NCBI RefSeq assembly: GCF_021869535.1 | Contig: NW_026262679.1 | Span: 108,562,001-108,626,000 of the forward strand | From: Mytilus californianus | Taxonomy: Eukaryota | Reading direction: 5' to 3' | Length of the DNA: 64,000 nt | Part shown: positions 25,465 through 44,268 of the stretch, piece after piece | Layout: each line of letters begins with the position of its first letter | How positions within the stretch are numbered: the first letter of the stretch is position 1 | Position numbers and translations under genes: made by a program | The notes under the pieces: model-generated | What the model was told of the DNA's origin: nothing | Seen by the model: only the letters and a program-made list of their open reading frames with translations | Database searches by the model: none

Positions 25465-26145
25465 ATTTTATATACCCTTCTTAGATGGGACGTATTTAAT
25501 ATTTTATACCGGAGTCCGTCCATTCGTACGTATGTCAACACTTCGTACACTCACTCAAATTTGCTTTAATCAATTCTCATGAAATTTTAACACAACATTT
25601 AGGATTGACGTACGAAAGCTCTCTTTCGATTTTAAAAACATATTTTGGTTTTTCGTTCGAGCTAGAGTAACGAGATTTTAACCGTTGATGACAGTTTTTT
25701 TTCACATGTCGCTCAATAACTCGAGTTTGGCTAGATCAATTGACTTATTACTTTATGCTGCTGTTTGTATGGGGTTGTTAAAAGAAATATCCACTTCGAT
25801 TTTGAATAAGATTTTAGTTTGTCGTTCAAAAGTTTCAGGACTTTAACCATCAGATTTAAGGCAATTTTCATATATTGCACACTTACTAGAGTTCTATAAA
25901 ATTGATTTACTTAAAAACTCTTACCACTCTTATTCAATTGTGACGTTATAATTTACTCTTTTCCCGGAAAATTACGTAATATCAAAATCTGCTATAGATT
26001 TATGATTTGTTTGGCGTTTGTGACGTCATATTTACCACAGATTAGACATTTGCTATAAATCTTGAACCAACCACTAATTTGAGTCCTACATATATATTTC
26101 AATATGCAATAGAAAGGCGTATTATGGGCTCCTGGTGTAGCTGTT
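25465..26145 (+). mobile_element. Degenerate HINE-like element related to 16190-16705
   Basis: ttttatatacccttcttagatgggacgtat, gtccgtcc, gtcaacacttcg, catgaaatttt and ctttcgattt(t)aaaa match the 16.2 kb element; 3' aggcgtattatgggctcctggtgtagctg. Confidence 0.5.
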
Positions 26146-27129
26146 AATAGTGATCAAATACAGCTTTCTCTTTTGACATGCCTTTGAACTTATTTTTTAA
26201 GTAGATAAGTAGTATAAATTAACGAGAGAGAAAAAATTAAAACTCAAACGATTTCAAGACATGCTAAACAAAAATGACTTACATAGCACCATGCGTTCAA
26301 TATATTACTTCCTTGATTCGACTTGAGTCGAGAAAGTTTAAAGAATAGGGAAACTTGTTTTGCAAAGCCTTACTTTCAATTTGGAGCTATGTTGTTAAAG
26401 GTCACCTAAGTCTGATTTCTGGACACTCATTTGGTTCCAGTTGATATTGGAACTTCACAAGAATGAATGAATTTATACTTTCAAATCGGTGCAAATACAT
26501 AATTCTTACAAAAGCGTTCTTTCTTTTCTTTTCTTTTTTTCTTTTGATCGGATGGTCGCATAAGAATAAGACATTTTGTATTAGCCCTGAATAAAAATAT
26601 CGAATATGTCTTTAATAAACGTCACTGTCTAATTTGGCGCTAGAGATGACAAAAGCGAATTTTTTTTATGGGCATGATGTGATGTTATATTCATCGCTAA
26701 CTTTTCTTGCATATTTAAAATAAATGTCACAGCCTAAGCCCAAAACCGTACTCAACAGTCTTTTCACAAAAGTGTTTCATATAAGAAAATTTAATGCAAT
26801 ATATCTCTGTTATTTACATACCAATAATGGTTTATACATAATAATGTGAAGAAGGAAACAATGAAAGAAAAATATCCAAATAATGAAAACTACATTTGTG
26901 GGGAACGAAAATCAAAGGTCATAATCAGGGTTTTGATTCCAGTTGATCTTGGAATTAATGTCCATGTTTTATGTTCATGCTATAATTTCTATTAACATGC
27001 ATGTACATAAATTATTGACGTCTTCATTTGACCAAAAACTCCTCAAACAAATTCTAAGAGAAAACCAGCATAGGACCATTTTATAATAATATTTTATTAG
27101 ACGTAATATTTTGCTAATGATATTTATAA

Positions 27130-27385
27130 TTTACAAAAGATACCAAATGGATAATCAAACTCAAAGTGGAAAACGAACTAACAATGCCATGGCAAAACAC
27201 GAAAATCGAACAAGAGATAAACAACAGTATACAAAACACAACATAGATTACTAATGACTGGGCAACAAGAACCCCACCAATACCGGGGGTGTTTTCAGGT
27301 GCTCCGGAAAAGTAAGAAGATCAAGCTCCACATGTGGCATCAGTCGTTTTGCCTATATGTAAGTAAAAATCCGGTGACAAATATT
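27130..27385 (-). repeat. PLE 3'-end fragment, 32.6 kb subfamily
   Basis: Matches 32635-32880 (gccatggcaaaa, gaaccccacca, gctccgga, gctccacatgtggca). Confidence 0.75.
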
Positions 27386-27779
27386 TATTCATGTTTCTAT
27401 GTTTATTAAGTCACGTTTGGTTTTGATTTTGTCAGTTTTTATGGACTTCACATTTTTGAATATGCCTTGGAGTTCGGTATTTTTGTTATACTTTTTTGCT
27501 ATGTTGGCTGCGGTATGGTTAATTGGACACACGTTAAAGTTGTTCTGTTTTAAGTGGACTAAAGCTTTAAGTGATTTTTTTAAATATACTATTATAGAGA
27601 ACAACTTGCGATGTCAATAGTTTCTTGTTCAGGTTGGCTAAAACTTACAGCGGAAAAAATGATTATGATTGCTCACAAGGTTCTGGGACAAGGCTACTAT
27701 CAGTATATCATGAAATTAAGACATCGTGCTTCTTTCATCCAAGTATTATTAAACGCAAAAAAATACTCATCATAGATAA

Positions 27780-27935
27780 CGCCTTATAATTTTGTAAGCC
27801 AGACGCACTCATCAGTGACGTTCGAATCAAAAAGTTAAAAGGCTAAATAAAGTACGAAACTGAAGAACATTGAGGATTAAAAATTTCGAAAGGGTTTGCC
27901 AAATGCAGCTAAGGTAATCTATTCCTGGGGAAGAA
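27780..27935 (-). repeat. Hammerhead-type PLE-associated repeat with an internal deletion
   Basis: The minus strand reads cgaacgtcaCTGATGAgtgcgtctggc. The core CUGAUGA is intact but stem II and GAAA are deleted relative to the 14.3 kb copy. Confidence 0.65.
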
Positions 27936-28439
27936 AATCCTGCTTTGACGTTACTATTTGCATCAAAGGAATTGTCCATTAGATTGACAGAAATTCTGTA
28001 CTCCTTTCCGAAAAGATAGAGAAAATTCTGGATAAGGGAACTAGATACTGCAATGCCATATGGTTGCAATGAAAACATCAAAAGAGTAGGAAATTTGTCA
28101 AGTCCAGCCTGCAGTGATGTAAATGTAATGAGCTTATTTAATACTAGTACTACTTTAAGACACCAGCGTAGTCATGAGCAAAAACATTACCATCGGCCCA
28201 ATGTAAAAAAAAATCTTCCAAATCTAGATCGCTCTCTGTGAGCTTTGATGACCTTCTTTCACATCTTCATCATCCGCTAGGGTAACATTACATTAGAACT
28301 ATTTTTTTTCACTGCCTATTAATTTTCTAAAATGCACTTGACAAGGGATGCATAAATACATTTTTCTCAAATATACAGACTGGTCAGTATAATTTGTAGT
28401 GTAGCTCTTTTCCGTCTTTTTAAACCAGTAAGATCGGAA

Positions 28440-30845
28440 CCTTTACATGAGGAAAAGAGGAAATTCCTTCCAGTTCAGTTTTATAATAAAGAAATTGATG
28501 CAATCAACATCAGCAACGTTCTTCACCACAAGGAGGTAACATCTAAAATTCCACTTTATTTTCAAAATCAGTCTGTTCATATTGTATCCTACAGTTACAC
28601 CAAAACCATTGCACCTAAAGTATTTAACTATAAGCAAGCATTGCAGGCCTTGATTTAGAAGAATACCTAAAAAAGTACCTGTGACATGTGACTGTTCCTA
28701 CTTGCCTTATATTTACAGCCCCTCTGGCCTTGTTGTTACTGGGGATCTCTACATGGACATCTCCAAAAGGTGATATCTCATGGTCCTAAGTTAAGAGAAC
28801 CCCAACACATCAATTGGAACCATAACTTCAAAATAATTATGGATTCCATTGAGGACTACGCCAGAGCATGGGTTAAACGAGAAGAAGTTGAACTGGACAC
28901 TTTATCAGAATGGGTCAAAACAATCAGGTCACTGATAATACGTCGAATTCATAAGTTGAAAAACTGTGTGAATGATCGACCAACGTTCGTTTTCAGAGAC
29001 AAAGAAGCTGTGAAATGTCTATCATCTCTTCACGATAAATATGATGTTGTTCCTGCGGACAAAGCTTCAATAATATTGTCTTTGTATGTAAATCGTACTA
29101 CTACGAGTCTCTTGTAAAAGAATAAGGAATACATGAGCACTCAGCTAATCCCACATACAAAAACATATAATTTGACAAGGATGAGATTTTGCCGAATCAT
29201 AAGTCTTTCATGGCTTCAATGAACATTACATTGAACAGCAAATCTGAGGACTTACCTTGTTTGAATTGGATACATAAGCTTCACAAAATTACGTACAAAC
29301 AACGGTACATTGTCGGCTCATCTGCATGTTCTTCAAAGGAATTGTCCATTAGATTGACAAAAATTCTGTCCGCAGTGAAAGAGGGTCTTCAAAAATACTG
29401 TGAAACTGTTTACTCGCGTAGTGGATTCTAAAAAACTCTAAAGAAATTCTGAATAAGTTTAAATCTCGATCTTTCTCTGAAATTAATTCTATCAAAACAT
29501 TTGATTTTTCAACCCTGTATACTATCATTCCTCTTGTGAAATTGAAAAATCGTCTAAAAGAAATAATCCATAATGCTTTTCAATATAAAAATGGCAGCAT
29601 ATAAATCTATTACTTTGGGATACCATACGGCATATTTTGTTAATAGTGAACAAAAAGGTAAAACATGCTATAGAGAGGAACAAGTGATCAGTATAATGGA
29701 GTATCTTATTGACAACATATTTGTTGAATTTGGAGGGAGACTTTTTCAACAAATTGTCGGCATTCCTATAAGAACGAACTGTGCGCCTCTCCTTGCCGAC
29801 CTCTTCTTATTTTCATATTAGTCGGAGTTCCTTCAGCCACTTCAAAAACAAGAAGATCAAAGAAGCCAGATCATTTAATTTCACATTCAGATATATTGAT
29901 GATGTTCTTTCCATTATCAATCCAAACCTTTCTGATTGGGTAACATTAATATATCCTCAAGAACTAGAAATGAAAGAAAAAACAGACACGGCTTCATCCG
30001 CCTCATTTTAGACTTATACCTCGAATTTGACATAAGCGGTCATCTCAGTACCAGAATCTATGACAAACGAGACGATTTTAATTTTGAAATTATCAATTTC
30101 CCCTACCTAAGTAGCAATACACCAAACTCATTCGATATTCAAGAGCTTGCAGCTGCTACTCAGACTTCACAAAACGTCACCAGTGTCCGAGCAGAAAGTT
30201 GATGAACCAGGGTTATGTCAAAGAACGTCTTGTCCTTTTCTAAAAAAATGTTCATCGGAAGATACCAAGACCTTGTTGATAAATATTTCGTATCAACTTC
30301 ACAAATAATACATGATGGTCTTGAAGTATAGATTCTAGGCACTGACGTTGTTTATCATCTTAATTACGTGTTATAGTGTACTTTTATTTGTGTTTTTAAA
30401 TTATTAACCTTTACCGTTAAGTCCATTCTGGTAATATCCTTTTGACGTGGCTTGGTCCTTACGCATCCCGTCATTGTGTTATTGTGCTATGGTCATTTTT
30501 AGTATTCTTGTCTTTCATTTTTGCTTTTGTGCTTTGTCTATATGCCATTTTGTTTTTCTTTGTTTACATATTTGTTTGTTTTATAGTGATTAAGATTATA
30601 ACATAATGTTGACTGCTGTACCCACCATTTTTTTCTTTAAAAGTCCTGTACCAAGTCAGGAATATGGCAGTTGTTATCAAATAGTTCGTTTCTATGTATG
30701 TTGGCGTTTGTTTTTGTTGTTCCGTTGTTTTTTTCCTCTTATAGTTGATGTGTTTCCCTCGGTTTTAGTTTGTAACCCGGATTTGTTTTCTCTCAATCGA
30801 TTTATGACTTTTGAACAGTGGTATACTACTGTTACCTTTATTTTT
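28440..30845 (+). mobile_element. Long degraded Penelope-like element (RT pseudogene to about 30331, then 3' UTR)
   Basis: Fragments GPKLREPQHINWN, VVPADKAS, WIHKLHK..YKQRYI, KTFDFSTLYT, QQIVGIPIRTNCAPLLADLFL, FRYIDD and YDKRDDFNFEIINFP, with multiple frameshifts and stops. Confidence 0.9.
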
Positions 30846-31679
30846 GACATTTTTGCCTATTATGTTTGTTTGTTTTGTTCACACATTGTTGTCAATATAA
30901 TGGAATTTTAAGCTACTGTCATACAAGTGAAAGGTTTAGCTAGCTATAAAACCAGGTTTACTGCACCATTTCTACATAAGGAAAAGCCTGTACCAAGTCA
31001 GGAATATGACAGTTGTTTTTCATTCGTTTGATGTTTTTGATCTTGGTTTTGCCATTTGATAAGGGACTTTCCGTTTTGAATTTTCCTTGGAGTTAGACAT
31101 TTTTGTTATTTTACTTTTTATTGACAAACTTGCTTCGAGAAGTTACTGTTCCTCCTGTGGGCTATATTTATTATGCTGTTTTGCATCGAGGTGACTGGAG
31201 GAGGTGATACTAAGTGGACAATCAAACCCATATCTCGTTTATATCAACCAAGTCCATAAAATACGTATATATGGGTGTGCGCATCAGCCTTTAGATCTGC
31301 CACTGCAAGCTTCACCTGAATGACAAAGGATAAAGCCTTATTATAATAATAGATAATAATAAATAGTGCGAAAGTGTAAACAAGTGTAAACATATCAAAA
31401 CGATAATGCTAACCTAAATGTTTAAAACTGAACCAGAAATGAAACAAATGAAATATAGATGTTATAAAAGACGGACAAAAGATACCAGAGGGACAGTCAA
31501 ACTCATAGATCGAATTATATAAATTACAGGCAAAAAAAGTTATAGGTAAGAGAACTGTCTATATAGTTTGATGGGTAATAAATGTTAAGAAGAAATATAA
31601 TGCATTTCTTTCTGCTTAGTAGCCCCTAATGTATCAATGCATCTTTGCTTTCCAAACTTTCGGTTATGAGGATTACTGC

Positions 31680-31900
31680 TAACTCATCAAAGATACCAGG
31701 ATTATGATGTAATTCGCCAGACGACCCTTCCGTCTACATAACACTCACCAATGGTACTCGTATCAAAACAATTTGAAGGTCGAATAAAATAAAAATTGAT
31801 GAGCATATATGAAACCAAACATTCCAAACTGTGATGCCAAGTACTTCTTAGACTTTATTTGCCTCGGGTAGAACACTTTTTTTTTTACCTAAATGTTTCG
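31680..31900 (-). repeat. Degenerate hammerhead-type repeat
   Basis: aactcatcaaagataccagg...gccagacgacccttccgtctacataacactcacca is the reverse complement of the family at 41700-41995. Confidence 0.65.
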
Positions 31901-32024
31901 AATAATTCATTCAACATTATTTAAAAAAAGAGTTTCTTAGATAGCAAATGAAATTTTAGTGTCAGTTCAGTTATTTTGATACTTCATTATTATAAATTAC
32001 ATTGCCTAATAGTAGTTTCATGAT

Positions 32025-32280
32025 TTAAAAGCTGCCTTCAAATTTGTTAAAAGCTGTCTTTAATTTGGCTAAACATGTCTTCAATTTGGGTACACCCCAA
32101 GGGTTGACTGGGGTACTGAAACCAATGCCTAGTGTTTGAAAGTGCCATTTCTTTGTACATTTAAGAACCATCTGCAACAAATCTGAAGGGTCCATAGGTG
32201 GCCTGTTGTAAGACAAAAATGTTTGCTCCTGTCCAGCATGCCTTCATTTTTTCATTATAGTCCAAGCCGTCTTGCAAATC
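32025..32280 (-). repeat. Degenerate dispersed repeat homologous to 62880-63125
   Basis: Shared aacaggccacctatggaccc(c/t)tca plus weaker upstream similarity (ttggact...aaaatga...tgga.agg). Confidence 0.6.
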
Positions 32281-32624
32281 TTAAATTCGAGTGATCTTTC
32301 TGACAATTATCTTCATGAAACATATATATTTATTGGGGAGGAAAAAATATATGTTTACAATTCAAAATGTTTGTATTTATTTTTTCTGTTCAAGAGTCGC
32401 TATTCAAACTGAAGCTTTCTTCAGTATTTTTATTCAAATTTTGCAACATGAAAAAAATAACAACAGCAACAACAACAAACAACAAACAACAAATTGACAT
32501 AAAAGTCTAAGATAAGATATTAGTAATCTGATATCAATGTTCGCTCATGTAAATTGTATATCCCACAAATCCTGATTATAACGAAATATGCGGACTTGAG
32601 GAAATACATTCTGATAGCATGGAT

Positions 32625-33760
32625 TTTAAAAGAGGGACGAAAGATACCAGAGGGACAGTCAAACTCATAGATCGAAAACAAACTGAAAACGCCATGGCCA
32701 AAAATAAAAAGAAAAACAGACAAATAATAGTACAGATGACACAACATAGAAAACTAAAGACTAGGCAACACGAACCCCACCAAAAACTGGGGGTGATCTC
32801 AGGTGTTCCGGAAGGGTAAGCAGATCCTGCTCCACATGTGGCACCCGTCGTGTTGCTTATGTTATTACAAATCCGGTAAATAGTCTAAATTTGGTAGGTC
32901 ACATTCGTGAAAAGGGAAGGGTATTGTAGTCACGACATAAGAAACATATCCGATATCATCTGTGAAACGGTTAATCCATAACGGTCAACCAACTCGTGAT
33001 GGCGTAAAATTTACGAAGGGATGATTTCAACTTCACCATTTGGAACTCTAGGTTTAATAACTTCCTTGTGAGCAGCAATCCTCTATCAAGGAAATCATGA
33101 TAGGAAATACAAGCCCGGGAATATCGTATCAATTGGGAGATGTATACTCCGTATGCAGGCGCTGCTGGAATGTTGCTACATAGAAATGGAAAGTTCTAAA
33201 TTGGGAAGCTGAAATCATCTCTTTTGTCGTAAAGTTTTGTTTTCAACCGACCCTCATTGTCAATTTCTAGATGTAAGTCAAGATGTGAGGCAGACTTAAC
33301 TGTATCTGTAGTATCCTTTATCTCTAGTTCGATGGGATAGATTCGTTCAACATAGTCACCAAATTTTGTATTATTTAGTGAGAGAACATCATCTATATAG
33401 CGGAACATAAAGTTAAAGGATATTGCTAACTTCTTATCTTTCTTCCTAAGAAGTTCCTGTATGAAGTCAGCCTCATAATAATAAAGAAACAAGTCGGCAA
33501 GAAGAGGGGCACAATTGGTTCCCATTGGAATTCCGACAGTCTGTTGAAAAACACGTCCTCCAAACGTAACAAATATGTTGTCAATCAAGAAATCAAGCAT
33601 CTTGATAATGTCAGTTTCAGAGAATTTTTTGTTTGAATCAGAGTGATTCTTTACAAAGTAGGATTTATCCCTCCCCAAGACAAGATACTTATATCTACGT
33701 TCGCCATTCTTTTTAAGGAAACAAAGTAATACCTACTCTTTCAATTTGTCTTTTAGTTAA
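32625..33760 (-). mobile_element. 5'-truncated Penelope-like element: RT core and C-terminus (to about 32930) plus about 300 bp of 3' UTR
   Basis: ORF 33196-33678 has QQTVGIPMGTNCAPLLADLFL, FRYIDD and YDKRDDFSFPI. Past a stop it continues NFPFLCSNIPAAPAYGVYISQLIRYSR...LVDRYG. It ends at the complement of agagggacgaaagataccagagggacagtc. Confidence 0.92.
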
Positions 33761-34364
33761 TAAAAGCTGATTTGTTTTTTTTAGGTCATGTTAAAAACCT
33801 CCTCAAAGATACCAGGCTAATAATTATATATTTGAAAGCCAATGATTATATACAAGTATATTAGAACCGAAACAGTTGAAGAGCTATATGACCAAAAAGG
33901 ACCTAAAATACTAGCCAAATCAATCTAAGATCAACTTTACCTGAGAGAGTTGAAACATTTGTTTCTTATTAATTTATGACTTTTAAGCTAATTATACCCT
34001 TAGTGACTTATAGTTCACCAGCAGCGGTATTGACCTAGTTCTGTGAAAAATGAAAACAACTCTGTATAAATTTCAAAAAAATTGTATAAAACTATTTTCA
34101 GCTGTGAAAGATACATGTATATTGGAACAAATACTTACTCTCTTTAAATCCAAGTCAGCATTGTAGATAAAACACTGTTTTCAAATTGTGATGTAGACAT
34201 GAGGACAATATTATTCTCAGAACAGAACAGATATGGAATGCAATGATTATGGATGATATAGAAAAATGCCATAGAGACTTAAAAATGAAAAAATTTCAAC
34301 TAAAAGGGGATGAGATATTCAACTCAATATCTTCAGGCATAAAACACAATTTTCAAACATTCTT

Positions 34365-34990
34365 TTTGCCAACTCGGGTGGTTTTAAAGAGTGATGTTCG
34401 TCGGACAAAGAGACATAACTCAGACCTGACTGGTTATAATTTTACCTGCGTTGCCAACGCCGCTCAACTCCGTCTGTCTGTCCGTCCGTCCAAAAGACCT
34501 TAGTTAGAAAATTTATCAAATTTCTATGAAAGGGAATAATTTTATATTTGATCTGCAGCTTGATTGTGTTGTAGCATGTTAACAATTTTAGATCTGTCGT
34601 GTACCTGTTTGCCAGTAGTTTGAAATTTTACAACATTCATTGTACACTATTTGTCAATCTGTTTATGGCTTCTATGGAAGTGAATAAGTTATATTTGATC
34701 TAGAGCTTGATAATGTTGAGTTGTAGTGTGTAAAAAGTTTTTAAATCTGCCGAGCAGCTGCTACCTGTTTGCCAATAGTATGAAAATTTACAACATTCAT
34801 TGTACGCGGAAATTTTTATCAATCTTTTCTAGGCTTCTTGGCTTCTTGGCTGGGATAATGTTTAGTTGTAGCGTGTAAGCAATTTTTAAATCGGCCGTGC
34901 ATCCGCTTCCTGTTTGTCGATAATTTGAAATTTTACAAACCTCATTGTATAAGGAATTTTAAAAGATTGTATTCAAAAATTTTCATCCCT
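34365..34990 (+). mobile_element. Degenerate HINE-like element with (gtcc)n and internal subrepeats
   Basis: tccgtctgtctgtccgtccgtcc at about 34470-34492, followed by three copies of a ctg.ttgccaatagt..gaaattttacaacattcattgta-type unit. Confidence 0.5.
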
Positions 34991-35414
34991 GAATATTACA
35001 TAATTGAAAGTACTTTATTCAAATCCAATTGAACATAGTTTTGGAAATCAGGTTCATCAGGTATGATTCTGTACACATGTTACCTCAATCAGTTGTATAC
35101 TACTATGCAGGTCCAGACCCGGTTTTGGTTTGTTGTGGTTATTGTAGTCTCTGTTACTGGTAACCATTAGAATATTATTTAAATTGACAAAGTGGATGCC
35201 TTTATGATATTCCGAATCATCGGACGAGAAGAAAATAATGCGATTGAAATAGTCGTTTGGTATACAGATAGACATTTAGTATGTATTGAACACCACACAT
35301 TTTTCTATTCCTTTTAAAGTTTTGAAAACTGGGTTAGTTGGAATGCTTACAAGACTGTGCCAATAAAAGTATCAACCTCATAAAAGATGAACGAAAGAAC
35401 ATAGTTTGGCCTCG

Positions 35415-35460
35415 AGTATCACTGAAGAGACATCGATTATCGAAATGAGCATCTGGTGCA
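35415..35460 (+). ncRNA. Degenerate type I hammerhead ribozyme motif
   Basis: gtatca CTGAAGA gac atcgatt atc GAAA tgagca TC tggtgc. Stem I (gtatca/tggtgc), both core segments and the cleavage triplet are present; stems II and III each carry a mismatch. Confidence 0.55.
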
Positions 35461-36808
35461 ATATAAATTTGGTGCCGTTAATGTTATTATATTTTTATTT
35501 AGAAACAAACAATGGTATTTTGTAAAGGCAAACAGGAGCGGATGTCCCGCCGACCAAGTTTGAAAAAAACAGAAGGTGTCGGCATTAAAAGAAATATCTT
35601 CTTTTTTTCAATTTGAAAATCATATCAGTATCTAATGAAACAGAGCTTTTAATATTTGATTGTACTCCGTATCACTATGTATTGATACATTGGTAAAATG
35701 TCTTGATCGAGCTCGATGTAGATTCTTAGAGCTCGATGTAGATTCTTACCCGGCGTCACCGCATGGTGATAAAATATAGGTGACAATTTATTCACAGTAT
35801 ATAATAAAGCAGTTAGCTACTTTTATGAAAGATATGATGGTAAGATTTATATTTCGACAAGAAACTCATCAATTCAATTGTAAATAACTTAGCTTATTAT
35901 TCGAGCGAGCGATAACTTTAATTTCATATTTTTTTTTCAAATGTAATAGTTAAAATGTTTCACGAAAGGTTGTCTTTAAATAAACCCTTCGTCTGTCTTA
36001 AATTTTTGGGAACAAATTCTCAATTACTAAACAATTTCTTATTTTTAATTTAAAAGCGTGCAAATTTGTCCTTGTTTACATTTGACATTTATCAATATTA
36101 TCTACTTGAGCCTTGCTACTGTCTCTTTCTCTGTAATGTCTCTAGACTTCAAAATAATGGAAAGTTAAGTCGTCTAGCATGTAAATGAATTAACAGGAGT
36201 GTGCGGCCTCATTGTCATTAATCGTCTTTATTAAAAACGTCAAATGAAATGGCTGACATGGCGGCCATATTTAAAGCGGGAAATTAGCTGATCCGTCAAA
36301 GACCCTGATCATTAGTTCTACGTTATTGAGTGATGTTTTAATTATGTCCACAGTACCAGACACTTCATTTTCATTATTTCTCGTTAAATGAAGACATTAT
36401 TGTTTTTTGTTGCCGTGGAACCACATTAGAAGCAAACTTAAGTGTACAATCATTCAATAATGTTAAAGACTGGTATCCATGTTGGTCATTATCCAAATAA
36501 AAGACCAATAAACAAATTAATGTCAATACCATCTTACTGTTTATTTATGGAAATGAGATTCTTTGGAAAATTCATGAAAAAGAAATGTAGATGTTTTAAG
36601 AACTTATTAGATACTTCAAATTGATCTACGGGTAAACAAGTTTAACTTGGTCAGTAAAATACAATCGTTCATGTATGTTAATAAATGTTTTAAATCAAAA
36701 ACATTCTAGTGTAGATTGTAAGGGAAAAGTGTTGAACTAGACAGTCTAATTTTACCATAGCATTTTCTGATGTTCTAGTTTAAAATAAAAAGAAGCGTGT
36801 TACAATTG

Positions 36809-36925
36809 TGTTATCCTTTACTTCCAGACTAGCCATGATGTTTTTCATGTTATCCTTTACTTCCAGACTCGCCATGATGTTTTTCATGTTGTCCTTTACT
36901 TCCAGACTAGCCATGATGTTTATCA
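36809..36925. repeat. Three tandem 39-bp units
   Basis: tgttatcctttacttccagactagccatgatgtttttca x3. Confidence 0.95.
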
Positions 36926-37633
36926 TGTTGTTTTCATCACCATATGTGAATATATCGAGAAAGTAGGATTCTGTAGAAACTAAAAACGTCGGGAGAAAAG
37001 CAACAATACTTAATTCTGATAAAATATAAAATAATATAAGAAATGTGTCTTGGTTTCGTAGTACATGTTAACCCTTCATTATAGGGACGTTCGAACTATA
37101 TCCGACTTCCTTCATATAACTTGATAAAACAGACGATTGCCTTAATGTGAAATTGTAAAGAACTTGCAATAGGTCGCTCATTGTTCAGATTATTACTACT
37201 AACCCTAACCACATATTTTTTTATGTTTTCCGGAATACAGATTATTGAAGAAAGGGTGTTACACGTACAACTTCCAAATTCTAACTTACAGCACGTGTTT
37301 TTTTTTTCACAAGACAGTTATTGAAAAAAATTTGCAATGTTCAATATCATTTTAATTTATTATTTCAACAACAATTATAAATATTTTTCAGTCTCGTTCA
37401 TTCTGTCATTCCATTTTTTATAGCACTATTTAGAATGTTGAATTTACAGTAAAGAAATTTACACAGTAAACAAGTCTTAAATAACTATCACAGTTAATGT
37501 CAGGTTACCAAACACGATCAGCTGATATTCTCGGCCGGTTCTGGTCTCATAATATCATGTTTACAGTATACAAGGCAGTAATACTACTTCCATTTCTGAA
37601 GATGAAGATATGCATTTTATACCACTTTCTTCA

Positions 37634-44268
<6,635 letters not shown>

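Noticed and set aside
30985-31035. SECIS-like element in the PLE 3' UTR (ATGA after the core hairpin)
   Set aside because: The spacing, apical AA and stem required for a SECIS are not present, and no conserved in-frame UGA was seen in the RT fragments.
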